Assembly (NCBI GenBank): GCA_032718475.1
Contig: JAUCBJ010000777.1
Coordinates: 44,983-108,982, forward strand
Origin: Nemertoderma westbladi
Lineage: Eukaryota; Animalia; Xenacoelomorpha
Direction: 5' to 3'
DNA: 64,000 bases
The notes below the pieces were generated by a model. The model was not told the origin of the DNA. It searched no databases and was given only the letters and a program-made list of their open reading frames with translations. A program made the translations under genes and the position numbers. Numbering within the stretch: position 1 is the stretch's first letter; the number at the start of each line of letters is the position of its first letter. Positions 1 to 12,939 of the stretch are shown piece by piece.

Positions 1-585
1 ATTGGCTGGGTCTAGGGCATTTACCGTAATAATACCAAAGACGCACGTCTGGTAGGGGAAACGCGGGTGATATTTATTTGTTGTTACAATGCTTCTATCA
101 AGAATTCCAAATATACGTTGGAGTTACCGCGTTTATTTGTTTCTTTAGTGTCTTTTCTTTCGAGTCGATTTCGAATAGAATTTTCGCATTCGAATTTCAG
201 TTTATGGTTCCGACTCCGCTGGGCAGGATATATAGTCGACATAGTCCGTATTGTGTAAATCGATAGGATGACCAGTAGTTAAGAAGACCATATACGTACC
301 ATTACGCTGCGTATACCGAGCAGCGAATTTTCTATAGTCCAACTCGCGCGCGAGCTGCTCTTGGGACATTGGCGGTTCGATATAACGACCATCGTCCTCC
401 GCAGCAGTTGGACTAACGTCGCCGCGTATTAAGCTATCAACAAACGCTTGTAAAAGTAGAGTATATCGCTCCCCGATACCAAGACCATCTTCTATCAACT
501 CCGTCATATCTGCTATATATGAGTTTATCCATATTATAATGAGTTTATATTTAGGCGAGCGGGCGTCGCTGCCTACCCCAATCAA
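1..585 (-). pseudogene. Remnant of the accessory ORF downstream of pol, BEL copy 1
   Basis: ORF 202-585 matches the N-terminus of copy-2 ORF 19816-20508; homology continues in other frames (YPAQRSRNHKLKFECENSIRNRLERKD..., KYHPRFPYQTCVFG) across frameshifting deletions. Confidence 0.75.
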
Positions 586-1026
586 CCCCCGGACAGTACG
601 AGATCCTCAGCGCCGATGTGTCGTCGCCGCTGTACTTTCGCCAACGACGTAGCCGCACAACGACAACGACAACGACAACCGACACAAGTCACTCGACTGT
701 CCGTCCCAAAGACTTAGATGTACTTCAGGTTTTCCTTGGAGAGTTAGGTTACTTTTACGATTGCGACTAGCTACTGTAAACACACCTTAGCAGTAACATT
801 CACCTATAAACTCACAAATACCACACACACAACTTGTCACAAATTACACACATTCGGGCCATTTGTCCGTTAGTCAATGCCTTCCAGAATGTCACTGTAT
901 TATTATGTATCCTTGGATACTAGTAGTGCGCTATTTATTCCCTATGCTATTCAATGGGACAAGCTTTCTATTGTTCTTTTAACTCAATTCTAATTCTAGC
1001 GTGGTTGTTGCTATGGTGACATTATC

Positions 1027-3120
1027 TCAATGTCTCCATTGGTCCATCGTCGTGCGACTAAGTATGATGGCTACCCTGTTGGTAACGAAGACGCTGAACT
1101 GACAGACTTCATTGGTTATATACTCTAACACGAGTAAAGCGTCGGTCCAATAGACAGTTTTCTCTAATGTATAGTCAATCTGTTCGGTTACATTCCGGCC
1201 GATGGCTGTAGCGTATAGAGCCGCCTTTAACTCCGCTCGAGGAACTTTCAACTTGTTGTTGATTAATGCCTTAGAAGTAACCAAGGCGACTTTGATTCCA
1301 TCCGGAGTTTCCACTCTTAGATAGGCTACTATACCGATTCCCATATCGCTGGCGTCTCCAAACACATGGAGTTGATAGGAATACGTAGGGAGAACATGAC
1401 CAAAATATGAACGGGAAATTATAAAATCTTCGATCGCTGGCAGAGAATCTTCCCATTTCATCCACTGCTTCAATAATTCTCCCTTAAGTGGATCGTCCCA
1501 TGAGTGGTTTTCAAGCCACATTTGTTGTACCAAACTACGAGCAATCAATATAACTGGGCTAATAAATCCCAATGGATCGAAATAAGTGCTCAGTATACTT
1601 AAGCAAATCCGTTTGGTTCGAACTGGATTATCTCGCTGTTTTAGCTGGAAAAACAGGATATCTCGCTCTGTGTCCCATTTCAAGCCGAGTGTCTTGGTTT
1701 CTGGCAGATCATCTTTGATCAAATCGAGACCTTTCGCTCCTCGATCTTCCGCAGGGATCGACTCCAGAAACTCACGGGAGTTGCTGGTGAATTTGGTTAA
1801 TCGAAATCCACCTCTTTTTAAGCACTCTACCGTTCCCTTAGCGACCTCAATGGCTTCCTCAACTGATGGGAGGGACTTCAGATTGTCGTCCATGTATATG
1901 TCTCTCTTGATGTTGTCGATCACTTCCTTAGAGAATGCCTCTCGGTTGTCCTCTGCAGTAGTACGCACTACCGAACAGGCGTTGGAAGGGCTTGAGATTA
2001 TCCCAAAGGCCTGGATGGTCATCCAGTACTCCACCGGTTTCTGGTTGAGGTCTCCTTCGGGCCACCATAGAAATCGTAAGCTATCTCGATCCCTATCCAA
2101 CACTTTGACTTGCAAGAACATGCCTTCTATATCGGAGGCGAAAGCAATCGAATATTGTCTCAATCTTAAAAGAATTCCCAACAAAGATTGAAGTAAGTTG
2201 GGTCCGGGTAACAATTCAGAGTTAAGGGATTGACCCATGTAAAGAGCGGAGCCATCAAACACTACTCTCACTTCATTGGGTTTACCGGGTTTAGGAACGT
2301 AATGGTGAGTTAAATAATACGTTCTTTCAGTCACAGGTGTTTCTTCCGGTACCCTCTCCGCGTATCCCTTATTAATAAATTTTTCCAGCTGTGTTTGATA
2401 CATTGCTTTAGCTGAAGAATTAGCCGTAAGGCGTCGATGGAGTTGCGCGATTCTTTTTTCCGCCAAAGGTCTGTTATTAATGAACTTCGGTTCTCTCTTG
2501 CGAAAAGGTAAACCGACTTCGTACCTTCCTTGATCTTTGAGGAAACGTGTAGTTGTCTCTTGGATCTGCTTGGCCCTTTCCTCTTCCACCGACAAGGCTT
2601 TATCGTAGGAATTGGGCTCTACCGCCTCTTGCGTAAAGAATCGTACAGCATGTTCATCTCGAGTCTTGGCATTGCAACGCTCAATGACGTCATTTAATTC
2701 GTCGTTGTAAGCTTCTCGTTCAGATGGATAGAGAAGTTGACATAAGTTCACTTGGTTTTGCCAAGCCTCGTTTTCCTTAAGGAGATCGATGGTATTCTCC
2801 TCATCAAAAAGCTGGTGAACGTCGTCATTATCTGAGGAGTATGGAATTCCCTCAGTTGAGTTGTCTCCCTCACTGGTATCATCTTCCCATTCACTCACCT
2901 GGCATACGCTCTCGGGCGGTAGTCTTTCTCTGAGTGTTCTACGGGAAGGGCCAGTAAAGTACCAACCTACTCTAGTTCTTACCGCATAGGTCTGTAGGGG
3001 CTGCGGTTGAGCAGGCTGTTTCTCTAACGTCTCCAGCGCCTCATGCGCGTTTTGGCCGATGAGTATTTGCACTCCAGGATAATCAGTCTGGAATCGAGGT
3101 ATGTTAAGATGTTGGATGCT
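1027..3120 (-). pseudogene. BEL/Pao pol fragment: reverse transcriptase + RNase H; protease and integrase deleted
   Basis: VRVVFDGS, DIEGMFLQV, YMDD, LHVFGDAS, PRAELKAA, YWTDA motifs; near 1025 it joins sequence equivalent to copy-2 20993 (integrase lost); at 3120/3121 a 794-bp deletion relative to copy-2 25067-25860. Confidence 0.93.
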
Positions 3121-6100
3121 TGATATTACTTACCTTATTCTGAGTCACATTGTGTACACTTGCCTTTTCTTCGGGCCTTCTCACCTGAATTCTCTTGGGA
3201 GACGTGGGAGGAGTTTTTCTTACCTGTTCCCTCCTGTCATTTGTTCGAGACTTGAATTTACTTACCTGATCTTTAGGCATTTTATTCACGTAATAAGATC
3301 TATCCGTGTCCTTCCCGCTATCTTCTCCTTGAGAAGTCTGGCTTTCGCCGTCATCGGTATAACATACTGGTGTTACCTTTCTCCTAGAGACGGGTTTTTC
3401 ACTTACCTTGTTTTCCGGTGTCTTCTCTCTGGACAGTTTCAGGAGCTGTAATTTCACTTCTCCATCTAGGAATGACATGAGATCAGCCATGGTAGGGTCT
3501 CGTCGTTGTTGTTCCATCATATATAACACTTTCTTATCCCAGCGTGTACCTACTCCACCTTTCGGTAAAGTAGAAGCCACTGCTCTAATAACCATAGTGT
3601 TCTGATACTCATGAGACTTGCCTAGCCAATCTAATTGTCTGCAGATCTCCTGGATCTCATCGGAAAACTCGATAATTCCACTACTAATAAACTTTCGGGG
3701 CGCTACTAACTTTGCATACAAGTACCCAGCGATATTATTCCTATTACCATACCTGATGTTTAGTGTATCCCAAACTTGTCTTAATCTGTCTGGATGTCCA
3801 ATAAACTTTAACGCCATTAACTTGGGAGATCCTTCCAAGCACTCGATGAGGTATCTAAGTTTTTCTCCATTAGATAGTACAGAGTTCTGTATGTTATCTT
3901 TGTAATATTCATTAAAAGGTAACCATTTCATCTCATCTCCATTGAACTTGACGATCTCTCCCACCTTTACCGCTTGCCGGGCTTCGGTTCTAGCCATTTG
4001 ACGCGTAAAACTTTCTTGGGCCATCGTGTTATTTAATATTGAGTTATCGGTATATAAATTTCTCGGATTATGATCAGTTCTATATGGAATATCATTATCA
4101 ACAGGTCTATAATTACCCTTAATAGGGTTCACTATAGGAGTTTCTACTTCGCTAGCAGTATATATGCGTGTAGGCTCCACACCTTGCGCATGCGATACTT
4201 CAGACCTAACAGGTTGACACATTGTTACAGAGGGTGGTGGTATACCTCTTTGAGTATTTACTAATTTATCGCGCTCTAGCGCGATACTTTGCTGCACTTC
4301 TTGCAACTCTAGCCTACTTTCCCTTACTGTGCCCTTGAACTGCTGGACAGTCTCCTGCATCTGTCCGAGCAGGATATCCATCCCCCGCCGTCCCTCGTCC
4401 ACCCATTCGACCGCCGAAGCGGGAGTCGCCAACGTTGTAGCGGTCGGACGAGGGACAACGGGCGACAAATTATGAATATTTCGCTCGGGGTCCAGGACCT
4501 GAACTGTCTCTGGGGCAGTTCTACGGGGCACAGGTAGCTTAGTGCTATGCAGAGGGAATTTAGAGGTAGTTTCAGGGAGCACAGGTGTGTCTATCACCGA
4601 AGGGGTGATTTCAAGAACAGGCCTAATTATTTCAGGCTCATCTACTATAGTAGGGAGTCTTTCTATTTTAATTATTTGGTCTGTGGGCTCTGTACTACCT
4701 AAGTTGGTGTTATTTAGTTGCCTTCTAACAGCTGGAGGCAAATCAGGCAATTTCTGACGGTGGAATGTTCTTTTACGTCTACTTAGACGAGATCTATTTC
4801 CTTTGCCTTCAGTATCGGTGGTATCACCTTCCTCAGATGATGTATATCCCTGTCGTTTGGGAGTAGATCGATTCATCATCTGCATATTACTAGCTGTTAA
4901 CTGTTTATTTATGCAGTCTTGATTCTCCTGAATGTTTTCCAATTCTAATTGGGTGGTTTCTTCAGTCGCTCTCCGTTCGGCTTCTGCCACTGCCTCTGCT
5001 GTTGCCAGTGCCGCTTTTCTTTCCGCTTCGGCCTCTGCCTTTGCTGCTGCTACTGCCGCTTTTGCCTCTGCCGCTGCCACTGCCGCTGCCACTTTTGTTT
5101 CTGCCGCTGCCACTGCCGCTGCCGCTTTTGTTTCTGCTTCTGCAGCTGCCACTGCTGCTGCTACTGCCGCTGCCTTTCTGTCTTCTATACGTTTTTTCTT
5201 TACTTGTTCTTCCTGGACTCGTGTGATGCGGAGTTGTTCATCAAATTTAGCCTGATTCGCAGCCCTCATTTCCACATCGATGGCATCCAACACAAGCTTG
5301 GTTCCTTCACTATTAGGGCTAAGTCCCTCTAACCTTCTCCTCAACTCGTCATCACCTAAAAAACGCTGATAGTCTGACAGATAGATGTCAATGGCATCCC
5401 TCTTATGTGGTTTCTCTGCCGTCGCTTCACTTTCCACTTGGGAAAAAGTGGCGTCTGTTGATTCTCCATGGGTTGATCGCTCCTCCAGCTGAGCTTTCCA
5501 CTGAGCTGTTCCTTGAACCTGGAGACTCACCCGTTGAAACCAAGTCTTTACGGCAACTTGCAACGACGTGTCTTGTCTTCGTTTAGAAGCCTCCTCAAAG
5601 GCTGATAAGATTAGCCTGATTCGTAGAATTCTTTCTCTAACTTGATAAAGCAGCAATCCCTGCTCTTGAGGTCCTTGAGGTTGTTGAAACAGTTGTTCTT
5701 TTAATCGCTCTATAGAGCTGAAGAATCCCTGTGCGTATCCGGCTGCGGACCTCTTCCACACAGCTGGATCGATGGTTTCCTTGGCTACTCCCATCCGGTG
5801 TATGTCTTCCCAGGCAGCTTCTGATAAATCAAACGGGAGTCCGGGTCCGGGGAAGTTCCATTGCGACTCGACAATAGACTTCAGTTCTTCACTCGTGTAT
5901 CCCGCATAACTATCTCTAGTTGACCGTTGACTTCTCGCCCAATCGATCTGGTGTTCTTCCACCGCGATCAATAACCTAGTGAGTACGGCTGCAGGAAGGA
6001 TGAGAAGGGGATCCGTATAAACCGCATCCGTCATCTCTGCTCCGCGCTCGGGTGTCAGCTCTACAGTATCCTCACTACTGGAGCTGCTGGGCCGCTGAGG

Positions 6101-6349
6101 AATAAGTTCTTGACTAGCGGGTTGTTGCTGTTCCGCTGCTTCTTGGTCCCGCTTGACCTGAGCTCGGGTGCCTATGATAGACCTACGATGTTGGACTAGC
6201 CTAGGTTCTTTTATTACTACTGGAGGGATGACTTTCCTCACAGTGGGAGGTGAACTGAACTTACGACCAGACGGTTGTACGTCTCTATCTGAGTCGCAGA
6301 TAGTTACATCTAATAAACTGTCTGACAGGTTCTGCTTAGTATCAGACAT
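3121..6349 (-). CDS. BEL/Pao Gag with long N-terminal extension, truncated before the zinc knuckles
   Basis: 1081-aa ORF with DUF1759-like core KFNGDEMKWLPF...EKLRYLIECLEG...LNIRYGN and an Ala/Glu-rich coiled-coil tract. Confidence 0.9.
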
Positions 6350-8715
6350 GTTTATGTATACAGTTGAATGTCTACTGCTGTATTACAGTCTGAGCAAGTC
6401 TAGTAACTCAGTATTAACTGATAGTCTAGTAATTAATTACCGGTACTGCTACTCAGTGTAGCGTGATATATAATATATTAGAATACCGGTATGCTTATAG
6501 TATATATAACTATTATTACAGACTAGGTTTATCACAGAATACCGGTATAATTTTAGCACAAATATATATAAATATATAATAGGCCTATCGGAATACCGGT
6601 ATACAGCTTACAGTTTGTAGTATATATAATTCTGGACTAGAATTAATTACAAGTACCGGTATAATTTCAGCCTAAATTTATAGAAATAAAGATAATAGGC
6701 CTATCGTAAATACCGGTATGCAGTTTACACTTATAGTATATATATATAAGTATAATTACAAACTAGAATTAATTACAGAATACCGGTATGATTTCAACCT
6801 AAAATTTATAAAAATAAATATAATAAGCCTATTGTAAATACCGGTATATCAATTATTTTAAATAACTGAATTTCTGAATTTTAAGGGTTACTTGGTTACT
6901 TTAACTTACTTTATTGCCGTTATTTAAGCAGTAGTCCAACTGATATTGAGACCTAATTGTTGTATGGCAGGCCTACTATTTATAAATCGTTTGAGTTGAT
7001 TTATAATATATATATACCCGTTTTAATGGGTTTTGTCAATGTTGAAATAAATGTTATTATTTCTGGGGAGTAATCACTACACAAAGCGGTGCGCTTTCAG
7101 TGAAGTGTTACTTATAGGACACTAAAACAAATAATGCTAATTTACCTAAGTTACTTAATACTACAAATTACGTACAATTCGGGTGAGAGTACAATCTCTA
7201 AATAAACACAAAATTTTACAAAAACACAAAATACGAATTTTTAGGGTAATTTTACAAGAAGTCTACAAACCAGCCTAACAAAGGGTTAGAAAACTGGTTA
7301 TTACAACGGACAGGGTACTACGGTATTTGAAATAATAAGTAGTAGTAAATACACTGCGTTGTCCAGATAGAAAAATACCACCGCCTGACGACCTATAGCC
7401 GTATCGCTATAGGTTCTATGTTATGTATCACGGAGTGTTCCTACCTAGAAGTTAATAGAGCTAATCGAACGTGCCTATTAACCACTTTACAACACAAATA
7501 TAATGCCTACACTAATTACTTTCGGAAAGCACTGTACACTAAACCCTAAATTAGGTACGAGTACTTGTACAACAGATAATCAGTAGTTAAATATACTTGA
7601 ACAGCTAAAAGAACCACGGCATCTGCTGGAGTGACCGATGCACAAAATCACCAGTCTTTACCTACGCCAAGCAGCCCGTGTAGTACCGGGGTTAATTTAA
7701 CTATAGCGGTATGTATAACAAACACAATTATTGTAGGAACAAACTTAGGGAATGAATGTTGCGGATAATCGCATAAACTCTGAATAATAAATATTACGCT
7801 ACGCGTACAAACCACTCAAACAAAATGCAGACCGAACACTGACAGACTACTATCAAGCCTAAACAAACTACGGTATATGCAGACTCCGAAATAATTAGGT
7901 AGTATGCGTTCTAACCCAGTAGTACGACTTATTCTTTAATTGGGGGTTTACCTTACAGCATTCGCTGCCCCTACTTCCTAACCGTTCTTTATCGGACAAG
8001 TGATCTACACACGCTGCAATCCGCTCAGACCTAATAACAGCCAGACAACTATCCAGCCTACAAATTATCTAAATAAAATTATACGCTACCCGTACAGACT
8101 TACACAAACAAAGTACAGACTAAACGATGGCAGACTACTCTCAAGCCTAAATAAACTACAGGACATGCAGACTCCGAAATGATTAGGGAGTATGCGTTCT
8201 AACCCAGTAGTACGACTTATTCTTTAGTTGGGGGTTTACCTTACAGCATTCGCTGCCCCTACTTCCTAACCGTACTTAATCGGACAGGTGATCTACACAC
8301 ACTGCAATCCATTCAGACTTAACAGCAATCAGACAACAGCTCAGCCTACAAATTGTCTGTACAATCTGATCAGGCTTACACGTCTTCTGTTCAATACTGG
8401 CCTACAAACAAATAAAACTTGACAGAAATAAGTAAAATCTCAATAAAAAACCAGGGCGGCCGTTCCCTGATTAAGTATTAAGACCTACCGGTATACAACA
8501 ATCAAATCGAATAATACTAATGTACTTATACGGGAAGTACCGGCTAGGACAGTTAGGCCTACGGACCTACAGAAGTACCGGTTCTGGCAATTGGACCTAC
8601 GGGCCTACAGCAGTACAGGTTCTTGCAGTTGGGCCTACTGACCTACAGAAGTACCGGTTCTGGTTTACCGGTTGACCGGTATTTTCAACTTTATTGCTTA
8701 CTGCAATAAAGAAGC

Positions 8716-8727
8716 TATATCCTTTAA
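8716..8727 (-). promoter_or_regulatory. PBS-position 12-mer of BEL copy 1 (non-tRNA; complementary to LTR 9488-9499)
   Basis: Abuts the 5' LTR; minus strand reads TTAAAGGATATA with no TGG; exact inverted match inside the LTR. Confidence 0.65.
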
Positions 8728-10000
8728 TGTTCGCGCTTTCAGACCTTTGGCAGTTTAACCCGCCAAATTAAGATGTCTTCTAGATATTAAATCGCTTTTT
8801 AGCCTATGACAAGTATTTGATTCACTACACTAGTCGAAACCAATCTGTGCGCGATCATTCACCCGCTGGATATTCCCGGGAGATTGGGTTCGACGGTTTA
8901 ATTTTATTGCTATGTAAGCCTAATGTATTATTCGACTGACAGTATTATATAATCTCTGACAATATTATTCACCTTCGGGAATATTAACAGTTCCTTTAGG
9001 ACGTGGCGCTTTATTTATATAAACAGAGTTATGACTTAAACTACTCACAACGATATGGCTTAATTATAATTCACATATATGGCGCATTCTTTAGGAATTG
9101 CTTCTTTAACAGACTCACTCATACACAATGCTGCACAATACTGCACACTAATCTGCCAATCTTCACTGATTTTAGTCACATATAAAAGGAACACAGACTG
9201 ACTCATGTAGGGTCTATCAAATAACATTAGATTCACTTCAAACCACTTTAACATAAGTCACAATCGTTATTGGTAACCTTTCTCTCTTACCTTCGGTATA
9301 TCAAGAATATTGGGTTTCTGGGGTTATTTCTCGTTATTCCAATATAATAATTCATCAACCAATATAATGAATAACCGACAGTAAATAGCAGTATAACAAT
9401 ATAAAGTATGCACAGTGTTACACAGTATGCAGTGTATGCAGTACTGCAGTATGCAGTGATTACGAAATTGCAGAGTGATATTTACAGTTAAAGGATATAT
9501 GTCCTTATAATTAAACCTACTAGTGTTGAGCTAAAAAGCAGAAAACACAAAACACTACAAAGCCGTTCTTTCGTGGCTTTGATAAACTCGTGACTACTGC
9601 TCTATACGAGGATACCAACTACCCTTATTCCACGAAGCTCCCGTTCAACACAGAGAAAGAGCAGTGAGATAGGAAAATTTCAGTTCAGTAGCTCTGTGAT
9701 AGGTCAAAATCAAAGCTAACTCAAATTCTATTGGCAGATACAGAAAGCTGCAACGTGGCAATATCAGCCGTTAGCCGTCGTCATGGTAGCGACACTGTTT
9801 TCAAGAGTATCGAGCTTTTTACGTCATGAAATTGCAGATTATGTCCTCTAAAGTACAAATACAGTTCAAATACAGAAGAAATGACTTTTATGTCCTCTAA
9901 AACACCAGTACAGCAAGGACACGGCCTTTTTATGCCTGGCAAACCAACTACAGAGTACTTTAAGGGAAACTAACCGGTTAATGACGCAAAAGCTTTTACA
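8728..10000 (-). repeat. 5' LTR of BEL copy 1 (1273 bp)
   Basis: TGTTCGCG...CTTTTACA on the + strand; aligns to the copy-2 LTRs except for block 9396-9484. Confidence 0.95.
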
Positions 10001-11660
10001 GAAGCAGTGATCTGCCGCCTCAGAGGCAAGAACCTCATACCTGTTGCTCAGCTGTAGTGTGAAGCTGGATCTCACACTTGGTTGTTGCAACAGAGAGGAC
10101 CAGTCATGCTGCGGCACGGCAGATTTCGTTGTTCTGCTAGCACGCAGACTAAGTCTTACCTTGGCCACAATAAGGCGGTGATCACTGGAGAAGGATCGAA
10201 GTGTAAATGCATTACAGTCTTGTATAGAGCTCCTGTATTTCCTACGAAACAGAATATGATTTATCTGGGACTTGTGACCACTGGGTCCACTATGAGTACA
10301 TAGCTTTCCAGTTCGCTTCTTGAACTGGGTTCCAGCCGAAAACAATCCATTTCCAGAGATAAAATCCTGAAGATGGACGGAATTTCGGTTAACACTATTG
10401 CTATAGACCCAGTGCAATGTAGGTGATTGATGCAGACTTGCATTAAAGTCTCACAGGAATGTTAAGAATGCATGCTGTTCCACTCCATCAGTACCTGCAT
10501 GTAGATTGTGGTATAAATTTCCTACCTCCTCTACAGGGGCTACACTAGTTGGAGAGTAGCACACAATCCGAACCACCTTAAGAAACTTCTTAGCCAGTCT
10601 TCCAGAACATGAGAAGTGCCAACGGATGATGCGGTGAGAGATTTGGTCTATTTTATCCAATTCTGCATGTGTAGTTGGATTCATCAATAGACCAATTCCA
10701 CCAATGCCACTATCATCTGCTAATGCAAGGGCGAGTCGCTAACCACCCCCCATGTCCTTAAGCAGAACCTCATCAGTCTGTTCAGTCTGCATTCGGTGCT
10801 CTTGAATACCCACTGCATGCGCTAAGAGAAAGCTTATCTGCCAAGGCAGTGAGCTCACCTTGTCGCATTGGGGACCCGAGTGTAAGGGTGTTGTTAACTG
10901 AGGCTAGTCTAGTGACTTGCCTCAGATTAACCAATGGCTGGGTTGGCTCACAACATGAGAGTAGCCTCCAATTTCAGAATCCCTCTCCCCCTCACAATCT
11001 GGCCTCCCTGGTGACCCAGTGTTTGGGCCAGAAAGGTCATCAGGAAAGGGAGTCACATAATTGTTTGCCACTCTCTCTCCAGTAGGGGGTAATGACGCCT
11101 GTGAGGCCAATTGTCTCCGGTAATTCCACAGGCCTCTAGTGGCCGGACCTCCGCATTACTAATGTAATCCATAGTGGGGGTTGGGGGGTGCTTTTTTGCC
11201 GTGTCAGCTCTCGGGGCAAACACCATACCCTGGTTTGCCATTCCCAGGGTGGGTGTCGCAGTGGAGTCAGATATGAGGCCCATCACCATTATCTACTCTG
11301 GCGCACATGACCCACCTTTGGCTGTGCAGCTCATCTGCTGGGTCATGCCCTGTACCCCTGCTGCCAGGTGCAGGTCGCAGTGAAGTGCACTCTGAGTGGA
11401 CATGAGAACACTCTATTCCTGACCATCCATTGGTAGATCACCATCTGCCTGTTCAGGCCATATACCCATGCAGCCAAGTATATGGGTCCTTAATTCAGGA
11501 CCAAGGGCGTCCTTATCCCAGAACGAAGGGGGTCCTAGTAACAGGACCAGATTTGCCCTAGTAAGAGGGTCTATGCAGCCACAGGTGGCACCTCCTTTAT
11601 GCTGCATGGAGGTGGCAAGTTTTCTTGATCAATGACCTAGAATACTTGACCTGACACCAG
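10001..11660 (-). mobile_element. RTE-like LINE, 5' part (GC-rich 5' region + decayed APE endonuclease), interrupted by BEL copy 1
   Basis: Broken ORFs with GIQEHR, GIGGIGLLM, VCYSPT, SQINHILF and SSDHRLIVAKVRLSL endonuclease motifs; 5' boundary approximate. Confidence 0.85.
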
Positions 11661-11806
11661 CCACCTACAAAGTTATATGAATGCACAATAATAAGACTCC
11701 AGCAGTTAAAATACAGTGAATATTATTAATTACAATGTAACTGACGTTATTAACCAATAAATCACTTGAACACAATAATTTATGTTTTATCACTTAATTT
11801 TCATAG

Positions 11807-11934
11807 AGACATGTGATCCAGATGTCGACCCAACAACCATACCTACTCCAATACCTCCAGATGAGATATGCGATAATCCCGACTGCTACACAATATCACC
11901 AACACCATTATTTTGTTTGGATTGCTTTGAGTAA
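11807..11934 (+). CDS. Candidate terminal exon of a host gene (TCDPDVDPTTIPTPIPPDEICDNPDCYTISPTPLFCLDCFE*)
   Basis: ttaattttcatag acceptor; 41 open codons rich in Cys/Pro/Thr; AATAAA near 12209; no homology recognised. Confidence 0.3.
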
Positions 11935-12440
11935 CTATTGACTCCCTCATGATATCATATACAATGGTGTCAAGCAGAAATGTTTCTGATAAAACTCTCA
12001 AACAGTATTTAATGTAACGAATGTTTTAACTTTATACAGTAAGTTTGGGTAAGCTATTGAGTAGTTGAGCTATTGAGGGTGGGGGGTGATGTGCTGTGAT
12101 GTGCTGTGCACGGATCCTATATGAATACACTATATTTATTTATAATTTAAATGCTGTTAGAAGACATTAAAATACAAGTTAGTAATTTCTCAATAATTAT
12201 TAAGGTCGAATAAATATAACTTGAATTGGATGAATTGAGTTGTTGAATTGAATTGGTGTGGTGGTGCAGGGCTGCCATTGACCTTAACCTCAGTCTCAAC
12301 TGTAAAAAAAGGCGGCCTCGTCAACCAACACCACAACAAGATAGGGACGTCGTTATGGAACTCCCGGCGTTGGAATTCATGCCGCGAAATGTGATAAACA
12401 AACCTGTTGTTATCATGGAGCAGAAGTGCGACATGGTGGT

Positions 12441-12939
12441 GATAAACCTGGACGCCGGGTGCTATGCCAACCGCTCCCCATTAACCAAAGCCACGTTACA
12501 GCCAATGGGTGGATAAACCTGGACGCCGGGTGCTATGCCAACCCCTCCCCATTAACCAAAGCCACGTTACAGCCAATGGGTGGATAAACCTGGACGCCGT
12601 GTGCTATGCCAACCCCTCCCCATTAACCAAAGCCACGTTACAGCCAATGGGTGGATAAACCTGGACGCCGTGTGCTATGCCAACCCCTCCCCATTAACCA
12701 AAGCCACGTTACAGCCAATGGGTGGATAAACCTGGACGCCGGGTGCTATGCCAACCGCTCCCCATTAACCAAAGCCACGTTACAGCCAATGGGTGGATAA
12801 ACCTGGACGCCGGGTGCTATGCCAACCCCTCCCCATTAACCAAAGCCACGTTACAGCCAATGGGTGGATAAACCTGGACGCCGTGTGCTATGCCAACCTC
12901 TCCCCATTAACCAAAGCCACGTTACAGCCAATGGGTGGA
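12441..12939. repeat. 71-bp tandem repeat, ~7 copies
   Basis: Unit ggataaacctggacgccgggtgctatgccaacccctccccattaaccaaagccacgttacagccaatgggt (12511 to 12582 = 71 bp). Confidence 0.97.

Larger units (their letters stand above)
1..10000 (-). mobile_element. BEL/Pao LTR retrotransposon, copy 1 (internally deleted; 3' LTR lies left of the window)
   Basis: Gag and RT/RNase H ORFs nearly identical to copy 2; LTR at 8728-10000 with TG...CA ends; interrupts a LINE endonuclease ORF at 10000/10001, where the flank GAAGC is the predicted TSD. Confidence 0.95.

Noticed and set aside
1586-6461. Plus-strand ORFs opposite gag-pol (also 23540-29147)
   Set aside because: Antisense shadows of the real coding frame
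9003-9254. 60-64 aa ORFs repeated three times (also at 17897 and 31049)
   Set aside because: Conserved only because they lie in near-identical LTRs; non-ATG starts and no motifs
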